In this document: one piece after another, positions 24,795 through 39,436 of the stretch
Layout of the letters: each line of letters starts with the position of its first letter
Position numbering within the stretch: the first letter of the stretch is position 1
Source of the DNA: Chiloscyllium plagiosum
Lineage: Eukaryota
Direction: 5' to 3'
Length of the DNA stretch: 58,561 bases
NCBI RefSeq assembly: GCF_004010195.1
Contig: NC_057718.1
Span: forward strand, 32,487,088-32,545,648
The notes under the pieces: generated by a model
What the model was told of the DNA's origin: nothing
Seen by the model: only the letters and a program-made list of their open reading frames with translations
Database searches by the model: none
Program-made: the position numbers and the translations under genes

Positions 24795-27210
24795 CCTAGG
24801 TAGACATGAGCCATGTGGACTTGCCGTTGTGATTAGATGAGAATTCCCAGAAGCATGCTACAGTTAATACCCATAAGGGTTTGTACCAATATAAGAGAAT
24901 GCCATGTAGGGTATCATCAGCCTATGCAATTTTTCAGCAAATGATGGAAAACATTTTACAAGGTTGACACCAGGTCACCATTTATCTAGATGACATGCTA
25001 ATAAGAACATGAGAACCTAAGAACTAGGAGCAGGAAGAGGCCATCTGACCCTAGAACACATTGAGAACTTGGACATTGTCCTTAGATGCTTTTAATAGGT
25101 GGGTATATAACTTAGAAGGGAAAATGTGTTCCAGGCACCGCAAGTGACCTACTTGGGCTACAGAGTCAACAAGATCAAGTTACACCTGTTGGAAGATAAA
25201 GTGAGGGCAATCAAAGGTGCCCGAGCTCCTCTGTCTGTACTGGAGCTTAGGTCTTCCCTTGGGCTGGTGAGTTATAACCTGGCCTGCATCCGTGCACCTT
25301 CCATCAACTCTTAAAAAATAGTCATGAAGGCATACCTTTCAGGGAAGTGAAGAAACAGCTACCTTCCTCTAACATTCTGACACACAATGATCCCAAGCTT
25401 GGTATTAATATGTGATGCTTCCCTGTAAGGCATTCGGGTAGTATTAACTCATAGGTGGCTCAAGGGAGAGCAATGCCCAATAGTGTATGCATCCAGGACT
25501 TTGGTTAATGCAGAACATAAATGCAGACAGATAGAGAAGGAAGGTTTGGTGGTCATATTTGGAGTCAGGAAGTTCCACCAATACCTTTATAGACCTAAAT
25601 GTGTAATAACCCCTGCTATGTCTACTTAAAGAGGACAAGACAGTGCTGCCCATAACTTCAGGCTGAATCCAGTGGTGGTCTCTAATCCGTTGGGCATGTA
25701 ATGTCAATTTGGAACACCATCCAAGTAATAAATCTTGGATGCATTGAGTTGCCTCCCACAGGCAGATGCATAACTGGTGATACCGCCACTGGAAGAGTCC
25801 ATAATGGTTTTAAATTTTCTCGATGCACTTCAGGTCACAGCTGACAATATTAGACTTTCGAAAGGTCCGGTCCTGGCCAACTGAAACAGCTGGTGGTGAT
25901 GGGGAAAACCAAAGGGATGTCAGAACCAGAATTGAAACCTTCTTGTACCCAGAGAGACCAGATCACAGCAGAGGACAGCATATTGTCATGGGGAGCAAGA
26001 GTGATTGTCCTGAGCAAAGGTTGCCACCAGCTATTGGTTGAACTCCACCGGGGTCATCCAGGAGTTTCCAAAATGAAAATGTTTGTGATAAGTTATATCT
26101 GGTTGCTGGGATTGGCTGTGTTGGTGGAACAGTGCCCAGAGTGCTAACAATAACAAAAATTGGATTAGATTCCCTACAGTGTGGAAACAGGCCCTTCAGC
26201 CCAACAAGTCCACACCGACCCACTGAAAGAGTAACCCGCCCAAATCCATTTCCCTCTGACTAATGCACCTAACACTACAGGCAATTTAGCATGGCCAATT
26301 CACCTGACCTGCACATATTTGAACTGTGGGAGGAAACCCACGCAGACATGGGGAGAATATGCAAACTCCACACAGACAGTCACCTGAGGCTCGAATCGAA
26401 CCTGGGTCCCTGGTGCTGTGAGGCAGCAGTGCTAGCCACCGTGCCACCCCAATTGCCGTGGGCAGCTCATCTACACTCGTGGGAATGGCCAGGTAAACCC
26501 TAGACTTGGTTACACTTTGACGATGCAGGTCCTTTCATGGCTCAATGTTCTTAGCCATTGTGGACATCCATTCAAAATGGCTGGATGCGCACAGTTAATT
26601 TGTCAAACACCAGAATGATGATAGAACAACTGTGTGCATCTTTTGCAATATACGGACTCCCGGGAGTGTCAGTCACAGATAACGGACCATCGTTTGCCAA
26701 CCGGAAATTTGATTTCTTAATTTCCTAAAAGTGAATGGCATTCCTCATATAGGGACAGCTCCATACCATCCATCATCCAGTGGTGTGGCAGAAAGAGCAG
26801 TTCAAAATTTGAAGGCAGACCTAAAGAAACAGCCTACAACTTCATTGGATACCCAACTGTCCCAGTTTCTATTCGATTATAGGACTACCCCTCATGCAAT
26901 GATAGGGATAGCTCCAGCCGAGGTGCTAACGGGGAGAAGACTCTGCACCAGGTTAAATCCTACCTTCCTGTTTCTGGGAGGAGGATGAAATAGGAACAGG
27001 AATGCCAATGCCAGACACAAGGCTCTGCTAGGTGAGAGAAACAGTTTACTTCAAGGGACAAAGTTTGGTGTAGGAACCAATGGAATGGCCCTGCATGGGT
27101 AAGAGGCATGGTCAACACGAGGTCAGGTCCAGTGACGTTTAACTTTCGGGTAGATGAGACGGTCCTAAACACTTGGACCATAAGAAAGCTGTAAACTTGC
27201 AAATGGGGCA
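24795..27210 (+). mobile_element. Ty3/Gypsy LTR-retrotransposon pol remnant (RT-RNase H-integrase), heavily disrupted
   Basis: In order: NTHKGLYQY, IFQQMMENIL, IYLDDML, VTYLGY, ICDAS, IVYASRTL, IEKEG, LHRGHPGVSKMK..CPEC (HHCC), TDNGP, APYHPSSSGVAERAV and FLFDYRTTPH. Integrase lying after RNase H is the Gypsy order. No LTRs were recognised. Confidence 0.92.
26163..26450 (-). mobile_element. HE1/V-SINE inserted into the Gypsy integrase
   Basis: The SINE is flanked by AATTG at 26158-26162 and 26451-26455, and the integrase sequence resumes after it. Confidence 0.9.
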
Positions 27211-27214
27211 GGAG

Positions 27215-27745
27215 CAAAACTACTCCAATTAAATCCTGCAAGCTCCTGTTTATTTCCACCAAAATTCACCTTGCCCCAATTTAGAACTTGAACCTGTGGA
27301 CTAATTTTGTCCCTCTTCGTAACTTTTAAAATTAATAGAACTATGGTCACTGGTCCCAAAGTACTCCCCCGCTATCATGCCTGTCACCTATCCTGCCCTC
27401 TTTCCCAAGAGTAGGTCGAGTTTTGCCCCTTCCCAAAAGACTGTCCATATACTGCTTGAGAAACTCTCCTGAATGTACTTAACAAATTCCATCCTATTAA
27501 GCCCTTCGCACTCTGGCAATCCCAGTCAATGTTAGGAAAATTGAAATCCCCTACGATGACAACCCTATTACTCCTGCAAGTCTCCCCAGTCTCCCTGCAT
27601 ATTTATTCATCTAATTCCCATTGTCTATTTGGGGGCCTATAGTACAATCCCAATAATGTCACCATCCCCTTCTTATTCCTTACCTCTACTCACAAAGCCT
27701 CACTGGATGATCTTTTCAGTTATTTCATCTTTGACTACTGCTGTG
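27215..27745 (-). mobile_element. CR1 LINE fragment (endonuclease/tether region)
   Basis: The reverse strand gives GLL*APN, GDFNFPNIDW and VLNWGKVNF. Confidence 0.75.
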
Positions 27746-28168
27746 AGAGCTTGGACAAACTTGGATTGTTTTCACTGGAGTGTTGGAGGCTTGAGGGGCG
27801 ACCTGATAGAAGTATATAAGGTTATGAGAGGCATGGACAGGGTGGATAGTCGGACTCTTTTTCCCAGGGTATAAGTGCCAAACACTAGGCAGCATAGGTT
27901 TAAGGTGTGGGGGAGAAAGTTTAAAGGAGATGGTGAGAGTGGTTTTTCAGAGGATGGTAGGTGCTTGCAGTGTGCTTCCAGAGGCGGTGATAGAAGCAGA
28001 TGCAATAGCAGAGTTGAAGAGGTTTTTAAACAGATCCATGAACAATTAGAGAATAGAGAGATATGCACCATGTGCAGGCAGAAACGTTTGGATTAGAAAA
28101 GCTTCAAAGTCAGCACAGACATGGTGGGCCGAAGAGCCTGTTCCTGTGCTGTACCTTTCTATGTTCAT
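27746..28168 (+). mobile_element. CR1 LINE 3' fragment
   Basis: LRGDLIEVYKVMRGMDRVDSRTLFPRV followed by the tail. Confidence 0.88.
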
Positions 28169-30599
28169 TCAGAGCCTGTGTGCTGAGTAACCATGCTTCC
28201 CTGCCAACTGTGTGGCATCAGGGACATGGTGTTACTAAGTCCTCGGTCTCCCTTTGTCTTGTTGATCCTCCTATAGGCTGAGGTATGCCCTGAAACAACT
28301 TCAACAGTCTCCCTATTCTTTACCTACCTCTTTTCAGCTAGTCAATTTCCAAAGATGTGGATAAGCTGTCCATCTGCCTATTTAAAAATAGATTACCTCA
28401 AGACAAGTTCTAAATGAGCCTTGTAACGGGTTTTGTTCTGACTTGAGCTGGGAGGAGAGCAAGGTTCCTCTCTTGTCCTCCCCCAGCCCTGCTGATTACT
28501 GGCATTGGATTGAAATTTACATGCTGCCAAGTCTTGGTATTTTTAATTCTTGCTTCCCCCCCACCTACTTACCACCTTCATGTGGGAGCCTAAGCATTGT
28601 TCTGCTTTTTCCCCATTGTCCTCTTTCTGCATCCAATGTTTACCATTTTACCCTTGAAACATGTTTTGTGTCAACACACCCACTCCCTAATGCAATACTA
28701 CCCTGCTTTAAGAAAGCTGTGAAGGCTGTGTGCGGGGTACAGAAGACTTTGGCAAAGATGTTACCACAAGTGAGAAACTTAAATTGAGAGGAGATCTAAT
28801 TGAAGAACAAGGAAAGGTTACATAATTCAACAAACTCAGAACAATCAAATAGCAAGTAGTTTATTTAATGTAAACAAAGTGATTTTTTTTCCTGAGGTAC
28901 TCAGGTCCCTTGATCTTTGATACAAGAATAACAATGGAACAGGAGGATATTAGGATCAAGAAAAGACTGTTCAGACTGGATGTCTTGTCTCCTCTGTCTA
29001 CTAGTGTTGCTTACAATCCCAAGCTATTGTATTCTCTAATTCTCCCAGCCCAGACCAGATTTCCTTTTATCAACATTTGGCACAAGATTTAAGGCTTTAT
29101 CACGTGACACAAATCTGGTCAAATTCCTTTTGAAAGATTCCACCAACCCAGCATTCACTGCACTAGGTGGCAAATTTTCCTTTGGTCATGTTAACAATTC
29201 TCTAGTAAGTTATGTTTAACTCCTGGCTCCATAATTACATAGAATCATGCACAGGATATAGTGCAGAAACAGGCCATTCGTGCCTTTGCTGGTGCTACTG
29301 CTTTACATGAGCCTCCTGTCTTCCCTCCTCACCTAATGTGATTCAAATAACGTACCTATTCAAATCTTTGTCATGTGTTGATCACATTTACTCTTCATTG
29401 TATCTTTGTTAAGTGCCAAAATTACTGCTTATTATCTATAATATTTCATTTTTGTAAAGTAAACCCTGTTTGGATCCTGCATATTTCTGGGGAGGTGGGC
29501 GGGGTTGTGTTCAAAGGCACTCAATGCCTGTTCAAAGTTTAAGGGACCAGCATCAGCCAACAAATGGGAGTGAGAACCCATCCCCCCTTCTTCCCTCTCT
29601 GACCACTGCCCCTCGATCCCCCTCCTTCAGCAACCCTGCCCCTTGGGTAAATGCATTACCGACATCAGCCAGCAGTGGTTGGTGGCACTCCTGAGCAACA
29701 CAGTGTTGCTGGCCTCTGATGGTCTAGCAACCCTGGGCAAGTAAGATGTCTGCCTCCGAGATCCTTGACTGTGGGGAAGGCCGCTCTCTGTCACTGAGGT
29801 GCCTGATGGGGTTCTCACCAGCTCCAAGACTGGTAAATCCTTGCTGCCTACATTAAATTCTGTCCCAGTGCTGGGGTATATACATAATAAATATTCCAGT
29901 TTTGATCCTGGGTTTCAATTGATTACACTGGTCTTAGTGAATGTTTGGGGCACTACAAATGGTAATCATGTTCTCAGGGTCATGAAGGAGAATATTTTAC
30001 CCAGTTTTCCTACTCCCAATCACTATTCGGTTATCTCTGTTGAATAGTGCATATGAGGAATGTTGGACAAGGACAGGATGAGACTTGCCAATCTTGCTCG
30101 GATGGAACTTAATCTATCAGAAAAGGATTGTTGATAAGTAACATTATGGAGGGTTTCTGGCTTCATGGAGCTGTATTCATACAGTAATCACTGCTCTGTG
30201 CTGGATGACGCACCATCTCAGCCAGCTAAAAACTGAACATTTAGTCAAATTTCTGAATGCTTTAAGCTGCAGTAGCCATCAATGAACTTCAAACAGTCTT
30301 ATTTGGAATGAGTCCCAATTGCAGATGATTATACTCGAGCTGTCAAAAATTCAAAAGTGATCACAGCTTGTTAAATTTTTGGAAGCGATCATGAGCATTC
30401 GAAGAGGATTACAGCCAATTAAATTTGTCTATAGAGGCATGTAGCATCAATTGCAGCTTCCTACAGATCATGATTTAAACAAAAATAAACAAACCTACTG
30501 CATATTTTCAACATTTGCCTCTTCCAAATCGCCTGGTTTGTTAGCCTTCTTTCTGATCATTCTCTGGTGCCTCTGTGCCACTTTTGCTGGGACAGTCCT

Positions 30600-30828
30600 T
30601 ATGTCTACTCAGGAAAGATGAGGGTGTCTACCACTAGGGTGACCTCTACTCTCACTGTCAAGATCGCCTGTTTGCCCCCTGCCAAGGTGATCTCTGTTCC
30701 CACTGTGAGGCAGACCCCAGTGTCCAGTCAGCGATGGAACCATGTCTAATGCCAGGGTGATCTCTGTGTTTACTGCCAGAGTGATCTTTGTGTCTACTTA
30801 GTGACAGTGATCTCTGTGTCTACCGCTA
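30600..30828. repeat. Degenerate minisatellite, about 24-bp unit GTGATCTCTGTGTCTACTGCCAGG
   Basis: gtgatctctgt(g/t) or a one-base variant recurs at about 30687, 30757, 30781 and 30807, with further variants upstream. Confidence 0.65.
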
Positions 30829-33800
30829 CGTGGACTAATTCTGTTGGAAACATAAGTGATGCTTTGCCAGAGCAGGCATCTGGGGGAGGAGAGAACACTG
30901 AGAGAAATAAGACTGCTGTAGAATTAAGTCTAAAAGCATATAATGAAGAACAAAAGTTAGCAACTCTCCTTCAATGGCACTTTCCAAACCCACTTCCTGT
31001 ATGAACTCGAAGGCCACAGGACAGCAAATGAATGCAGGCACCATCACCTGCAATGTACCCCTTCAAACTGACACCATCCTGACTTGGAATTACAATAATG
31101 TTCCTGCATTGTCTTTAAGTCCAAAACTTGGAGCACTCTTTCTAAGAGCCCCCACCTATAGGCTGCTGTTCTCGAATATCCAACTACTGAGATGGTGGAG
31201 CTGAGGAAGCAATGTCAGGCAGGCTGTTAAAGAAGGCCCGCATCACCCCAGTATCTGTAAGCCCCTCAAAGCTCAGGACAACAACCCATGTCCCAGCCAG
31301 GCTCTGGGCTGTAACAGACCTCACCTCAACATAGGTTTACGACAAGCCCTGACACCATGGCAACTCTCGGGCTCAGAAGCCCATTCCTCTCCCCCTCAAG
31401 GTTGAAGTTTACAATTCTCCCAGCCCTCCCTCAACCTCGCCCAGTCAGAAGCTTAAAGCAACACCCATTTTGCTTATAGATAGGTGGACGGAGGTGGATT
31501 CATAAAGAGTTAGGAGTAATGTGTGAAGGAAAGGGTGAGAAGGGGCGAGAGGATGGAACTATAATGTATTACATCACATCATCGTGCTAATCAATAACAT
31601 TAATCAGTATAATTAGTACTAATAACACTATAATGAACTCCATAATGATTTATCTCACCACACTTGCAACTGGGATTTCCTGTTTTCTGTGTCTGAGATT
31701 TGTTTGAGTTGTTGCTTTTCTTATTATCCAATCACTGCCTGCAGCTGGGACGTTGAAAAAATCTGACCCCTGACTTGTTCCTTCTCTGGGTCATTTATAA
31801 GGCGATCAAGTTTTTGTTTTAGCTTTCCTGATTTCCAGTGATTTCAGTTGAACAGTGTTAAATGCTTCAAACCAAAATAACCATTTGGAATTGGTGTGCT
31901 TGCTTGCAGCACTGTTTGATTTAATTTCACGATCATTGAAATCAATAAATCACAAGTAGATGCCATGCAATGATGGAGTGAACACTTTGGAACATGGATT
32001 GAATGCTTTTGAATGCAGAGCATCAGAAATAAGTGTGATCAAAGTGTTAAGTGCAGAATAATGTTGACCATTTCTGGTAGGGATGTGGAAACATCTTGAG
32101 AAAAATACAAATGTGCTAAATTTTTCAGAAACTGTAGACTCGGATAGAGAAATACATTCTGTAAATGCTTAACCATCTAAGTTTATTTTAATCACAAGGC
32201 AGTATGTTTTTTGCTGATTTTCATTTATCAGATATTTAACTGAAACAGGAACTAATTAGTTTGATGTTTGAAATACTTTCCCTTTAGCTGGTTTGATTGT
32301 GATTTGAGGACATGTGGGGGAAGAGGGAGTGGACTTGAGATGCCGACTAGGAGATATTATTTGCTCTGTACCTGCGCCAATACCTGTAGAAGGGCCAGTG
32401 TGGTACAGAAGGATCATGTATTACTCCATTTCTTGGAGTATCCGGACTATGTGAAACTTCTAGTTCAGGACTTGGGGACTTTGTAGTTTGTAAAAAGCAT
32501 AAAAAGCCCATTTGGAATAATCAGAAGTAGATGGAATGAGTCCCAACCTGAAAAAGACCCAAGTTAAAGCACAAAGTTGGGAAATTAGAACTGAATGCAA
32601 GTTTGATAATGGATGGACAACTGCAAGAGCTGATAGGAGAGAATATGATGGTGAAGTCTTTGCCATAGCCATAGACATCACCCAGCTTGATATCTGCAAT
32701 TGTCTAGATTTATTCTCTACTGCTTTCTAGGCTTTCATGTTGCTGTTGTTTCCTGATTCAAGTCTCTGGCTCAAAATCTCTTAGCAGGAACCCACTGAGC
32801 TCCTGAATTAGCAGTTTCCACATCCATAGTCTGTTTTTAGTCCATTGATTCACAACTCTACTCCTTCTTCATTTTTGTTTTCATTTTCTAACTTAACATT
32901 ACATCTGCTTCATTGAAAGAATACTCAATATCTACCTTATTGGTTCTGGTCAATTGAACCCTGTAGGTTGGGCAGAAAAAATAAACCAAGTTTCTTGAGG
33001 TCACTGAATGCAAATAAATGGAATTTTTATTTCAATAAATAAATAGGATGGAACTGCATGGAAAAGAAACAACAATCTCTCCATGTTTCTGAGCCATTTA
33101 GAATACATTTTTGCTTCTTCTCTACTTTGACCAGGATGTGTGTGATCTTAACTCCATTTTGCTTATAGATCCTAAATAGATTCTGTAAAACTTTCAGCAT
33201 CAGTCTTGCAACCATTGCTAACAATGTCAATCTTTAAAACAAACATTTTTCTCACAGGTTCATGTTCAGGGAAGTTTGGATTGTTCTCCTTGGAACAGAG
33301 CAGGCTCTGAGATTACCAAAGAGAAGTTCCCAAGAAGGCGAGAGGTTTCGATAAGGGTAGACAGAGAAAACTTTTCCCTCTGGCAAGTGAATCAGTAACT
33401 AGAAGTCATAAGGCAGAAAATTCTGGATAGGGCTGGCAAGAGGGTGGGTGTGGCAGGTTTGGGAAGGGAAGAGGGAACTGAGAGCTCAGTCCCCAAAGCC
33501 CCAGATGGAAAATGGCTGGTGAGCTGACAGACCAGAAAGAATATGCTACAGGTGGGCTGAAGCACTTCAGGCCCAGATGTCTTCCCTCACTAGGAGTGAT
33601 GCAGTGCCCACTGGAGCTACCAGCCAAGATAAGTTTCTGGCAACTCTGGGCACCCTGGCAGTGTTGGAGCTCAGCAATGGGTAGAGTGTGGGTTTTTAAA
33701 TATAGGGCAGCAAGGATGGAAGTGGGGGCATGTTCTTCTCGGGGAGTGGGGAATGTTGCATAAAAGTAGTCTTAAAAGTGTGGGTTAGTATTGCTGAATT

Positions 33801-34538
33801 ATCAAGCTCCCACTGGGCAAAGGGTGCCAGTGTACTTAGATATGATTGTCTGGTTAGCACACAAAACAATACTTTTCACTGTATCTCAATACATGCGATA
33901 AATCAAATCAAATCAACAAGAGCTTTTAACAATCAAGTAACCATAATTATTTATATTGGTGGGGGCTGCTGACTTTGGATGGCCAACCACCCTCCATATT
34001 GTGGGAGTCAGCTTGGAGCTGGGCTTGAGGCTGGTGGACTGACCACCAAATGCTCCCATGCCTGAAGCACATCCAATTCATAGATCCATAAGCAAATGGG
34101 TAGCTAGATGGACATTCATCCATGCAGAGATTTGCCTGAGCCTCAGAAATCTGTACCTGAAAAGGTGGTGGACATTGATTCCAGAAAAAAAAATTCTCAC
34201 AGGTTCATGTTCAGGGAAGTTTGGATTGTCCTCCTTGGAACAGAGCAGGCTCTGAGGTTACCAAATAGTAGCTTTCAAGAAGGTGAGCAGTTTCAGTCAA
34301 AGTAGACAGAGAAAACGTTCAGTTTTATAATAATGATTTTTAGAAGGGTGAGAGGATAAAGAGCTCACAGGGTTACAGCCAGAAAGCATGAACGTGGGAC
34401 TAAGCACGATTGCTCTTTTAAGGAACCCTTAAATAGGGTAAGAACAAGTCAAATGGTCCCCTCTTGTACCATAAGTCCAAATGATTCTTCACCTGCCCCT
34501 TTAGTTCTCTATTGTAACATTTCTTTCACTTTCTGTCA

Positions 34539-35101
34539 ATGCTGCATTTTGGGAAAACAAATCTTAGCAGAACTTATACATTTAATGGTAAGGTCCTAGG
34601 GAGTGTTGCTGAACAAAGAGACCTTGGAGTGCAGGTTCATAGCTCCTTGAAAGTGGAGTCGCAGGTAGATAGGATAGTGAAGGTGTTTGGTATGCTTTCT
34701 TTTATTGATCAGAGTGTTGAGTACAGGAGTTGGGAGGTCATGTTGCGGCTGATGGATAGGATAAATAGACAAAGTCTTTTCCCTGGGGTTGGGGAGTCCA
34801 GAACGAGAGGGCATAAGTTTAGAGTGAGAGGGGAAAAATATAAAAGAGACCTAAGGCGCAACTTTTACACGCAGAGGGTGGTGTGTGTATGGAATGAGCT
34901 GCCAGAGGAAGTGGTGGAGGCTGGTACAATTGCAACATTTAAGCGGCATTTGGATGGGTATATAAATAGGAAGGGTTTGGAGGGATATGGGCCGGATGCT
35001 GACAGGTGGGACTAGATTGGGTTGGGATATCTGGTCGGCATGGACGGGTTGGACCGAAGGGTCTGTTTCCATGCTGTACATCTCTATGACTATGACTCTA
35101 T
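34539..35101 (+). mobile_element. CR1 LINE 3' fragment with an internal deletion
   Basis: The ORF runs LHFGKTN..QRDLGVQVH..WEVMLRL and joins directly to MDRINRQSLFPG. The YKTLVRPHLEY...LIEVYKI segment is missing. Confidence 0.9.
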
Positions 35102-35349
35102 GTCAAGTGATCTCCTGTAAAACACCAAAGGACATTTGTTACATAAAAGTAATCTTAAAAGTGTGGGTTAGTCTTGCTGAATGATCAAGCTGACTTGCTC
35201 ATTTCTCATTGTAACACCTCCTTGTCACAGATGTGATTAAAAAGCTGCATTACCGTTTTCCCTACTTCATTTATGATTACACATTTGAAGCAAGTTCTTT
35301 CCCAGTTGTGTTCTGTTTGTTAAACATGAACTCAGGTCATTAAACATTT

Positions 35350-36230
35350 CTTTCTGATGGCTAGAGCGTTGGCTAATTAATGGAAGGTAGGGAGTTCAGT
35401 TAAAGGGATATCTTCAGGATAGCAGCCTGTAACAAGTAGAGTACCACAGAAATCATTCACAATATATATTAATGAATTGGCTGACAGAAATATCTATTGC
35501 CCAGTTTGCAAATGATACAAAAATAGATGGGAAGGCAAGTGGTAATGATGACACAAGAAGTGTACAGAGCAATACAAAAGTGATGCACATTGGTCAGAAG
35601 AATAGAAGGGCTGAACATTATTTAAATGGGGTAAAACTGAAGAAAGCTGCAGCATGGAGGGATTTGGACAATCTGGTGTCTGAATCACAGAAAGCTTGTG
35701 TCCAAGTTCAGTAGGTTATAGGGAAAACAAGTGAAATGTTGGCCTTTATTTCAAAGGGAATGGGGCATGAAAATAAGATACTCTTGCTAAAACTATACAA
35801 GGCACTAGCCACAGAGCAGCTGGAATACTGTGTCCCTTATCCAAGGACAGATATTCTGGCATTACTAACAGTCCAAAGAAGGTTCACTGGGTTAATCCTT
35901 GGAATGGAGAATTTTGAGTCGGTTGAACTTGCACTCATTGGAGATTAGGAGAAGGTTGGGAGATCTCACTGGAACATAGAAGATTCTTTGGAGGCGACAG
36001 GGTAAATGCAGAAAGATTGTTTCCCCTTGTCTAGCACCAAAGGGTATTACTCAGAGTGAGAGGTCACATGTTTAAAACAGAGATGAGGAAGAATGCTTTC
36101 TCTCAGAAGGTAGAATCTGTACAATTCTTTGCCACTGAGGGCCATATTGTTAAATATCAAAGCTGGGCCATTAAATACATTTAATGCTGAGTGTGCAGAC
36201 TTAAAATCAGTAAGGGGATCAGTGGTTATC
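35350..36230 (+). mobile_element. Old CR1 LINE fragment
   Basis: FANDTKIDG, LYKAL...LEYCV and VQRRFTGLI. Confidence 0.85.
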
Positions 36231-36357
36231 GCTTAATGTGGCCTTCACATTCCCACGGTATAGCTGGAGACAACCAAACGAATGCATTTTAAAATTATTT
36301 CAATCGTACTGGGGGAAGTGGGAATGTCCCTCAAAAATAATATGATCCCTTCAATCT

Positions 36358-36760
36358 ATACATAGAACATAGAATAGTATAGTAACGGAATCAGCCCTTC
36401 GGCCCATGATGTTGTGACGCCAAATGAAACTAATCCCTTCCTCTTGTTCTTGGTCCATATCTCTCCATTTCTTGCACGTTCATGTGCTTATTCTAAAAAT
36501 CCCTTAAATGCCTCTATTGTATCTGCCTCCACCACCACCCCTGGCAGTGTGTTCCAGACTCCTGCTACACTCTGTGTAAAAAACTAGCCCCTCACATCTC
36601 CTTTGAACTTTTCCCTCTCACCTTAAATGCACGCCCCCAATATTAGACATTACAATTCTGGGAAAAAGATTCTGACCGTCAACCCTGTCTATGCATCTTG
36701 GATTGTTATAGACTTCTATTAAGTCTCCCCTCAGCCTCCGCTGCTCAAGGGAAAACAACT
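36358..36760 (-). mobile_element. CR1 LINE 3' fragment
   Basis: catagaacatagaa tail repeat and ctcccctcagcctcc...gggaaaacaa. Confidence 0.85.
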
Positions 36761-38499
36761 CTAAAATACCCACTGCAAATTGGTATAATGTTCTCTCTCT
36801 CCCTCTATCCCGCCCTGCAGTAGCACCATATCCACCTTGCTGCTAGCTAAGTTGACCTTTTGCCCACTTTATATTGCACCAAGCGAAGTCTAACAAATTC
36901 AATACCTAAAAGCCATGCTACCACAGCAACTCAAAGACTTGGATTCCATTGCTGGCCACCTCCATCTGTTTCACAGTTTTCAAAAGTGCACTTTTCTTTC
37001 TGGGAGCATGGGATTGCAGACTGAACTTCTGAAGTTATGTTGTGATACTTATATTGCACTAAGATCAAGTTCTAAATTTCCTTCCTGTGGTGCATGACTG
37101 ATTAAAATGATGTTATGATATGAACATGGTCTCTCACCTGATGTGATGCTACCTCATTGTTTTGATGCGAAGCTTCAAATGAATTTACAATGTGGCAGTG
37201 CGTATAGGGTCATAATGCTGGATTCTGTCAGGGAAAACTCTGTGAAAGCTAGTTCTTGATTTATTTGTAATGAATTTGGAATAAAAGGTGTATTACTTGT
37301 GTATAGTATTTTTTGGACTTTGGATTTAAAAATAGAGGCAATAGGTATTGGTTATTTCTCTGACGAGTTTTCTGGAACAGTCACCAAAATGCAGTATTGT
37401 CAAAAGGCAGGTGACTGCAGACCATGTGGTGTAAATAGAAAGGTCTCTGTGCTCTCGATTTTAGGACAGATAGGCTAAACATTTAAGACCAAATGAAATT
37501 CTTGTTTCAGTTCAGAAGACACCAGAGTTGAGTTTAACAGTTGGTTTAGTTTTTCTCCTAGAAGGTGTTAAGGGAATTGTAACATTAGCAAAACTTCAAA
37601 ATCAGGAGAGCTTGCTGAGAAATATGCACGTTATTAGAATCGAGAAAGTTTGGGTTCACAAATTTGTACAAATCCCAGATCAGCTGACTTGCAAAGGACT
37701 TTGCGCATTGTCTACACTGCAAACAAATTGCAAGGAGTGAGGTAAGTAGCAACTCAGAAAGTTCAAATAAGAGCCACTCCTCTGGACCTGGGTGTTTTTA
37801 ATGGATAGCATCAGGAAAGTAATTGAAACTTTGTTTTGTTCTTTATTTTTCAATCATTCTAACAAGCTTCTATTTTTAATTAACTTGTGTTTTCTCTCCT
37901 TGTGTTATAAAATCCTGTTCTGTTGTTAAAGAAAGTCTGTAACATTGTGTGAATATGTTTCGGTGACTAAACCATCACGTTACCTAACTAAACTACCAAA
38001 AAAAAGTTGTCAGGTTTCATTCTGAGATCTTACTTGTCCAGCAGTGCACTCAAATCGGTCCTGTTGGTAATTAATTTGAGTACTTTTGGGATTGGAGACT
38101 GAATGCTACCGTTCATTTAATGATATATTTAACAAGTTTCATTTTGTTCAGAGTAAAGGTGCAGCATGAACTGTGCCCATATTGTTATCTGCAGGAGTGA
38201 GAAGCCCTGAATACTAAAATGTTTGTGAAAGCAGCATTTTACCAAAGAGAAAAACAACAACTACACCAGTTGTTTGTTCCTTTCACAGATAATCGAATAT
38301 CTGTGATCAGAAAATTTGTTCAACTTTCAAAATCTTTCTAATGAACCTTAAAAAACAGCTATCTTCAGTGAACACCAGAGCTCCCCATATAATGCAGTCA
38401 AACATTTCACAACATAGCATCTCAAAGGTCCAATCAATGTGGGCAGGTTCAGATTAGCACCATTATCTTGCAGTGGTGATCCATTCTCACATCATCTGA

Positions 38500-38714
38500 A
38501 TCATTCTGCTATAATGCGCGTTTTGTTAATGCAAATTTGCTGTAATGCGATTGATGAATTGGCGATACTGTTTCTAAAGCGTGAAGGTTTAAAGCGTGTA
38601 TTGGTTATAACACAATTTCGGCCCCATCAGTTTAAATGGTGCTGCTATTATGTGGTTTTCTTATAACGCGGAATTGCACAAGAATGGAATTACTGCATTA
38701 TAGCGGAACCTGTA
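38500..38714. mobile_element. Tc1/mariner (Tigger/pogo-like) MITE
   Basis: Imperfect terminal inverted repeats ttctgctataatgc ... gcattatagcggaa-cctgTA. Confidence 0.65.
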
Positions 38715-39175
38715 TGCATGAAAATAAAAGCAAAGTCAGTTTTCAAACTTAAAATGTGATCTACATTTTTTTAAGTTAATGGATATAAATTAGTAGCACA
38801 AAATAAATAATTTCTAAACTAAGTTGACTCTTTAGAACAATTCCAACTCATTAAATCCACCATGCTGGGCCTGGACTTCAATAAGATTAATATGTGATGT
38901 CACACGTCATTGAGTAAACATGATTAGGTATCCCTGCTGTGAAATATCATTATAAACATTTTTCTCAATGTCATCACAGACACAAATAAAATAAAAATTC
39001 ACATGAGCCATGTTACCTTTCATAATTACAAAGCAATGAATACAAGACTGCCTTATTTTCTATGGAATTCTCAAATTTATCTTAACAATTTGTCATTCTG
39101 CCTTATAAATAATCTTATATCCTTTTCGTATCACTAGCACAAACAGCTAACCTTGAATATCAAAACTAATAATGA

Positions 39176-39436
<261 letters not shown>

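Noticed and set aside
24795..27210. Domesticated or active Gypsy gene
   Set aside because: It has many stops and frameshifts plus SINE and LINE insertions, and I saw no LTRs or gag.
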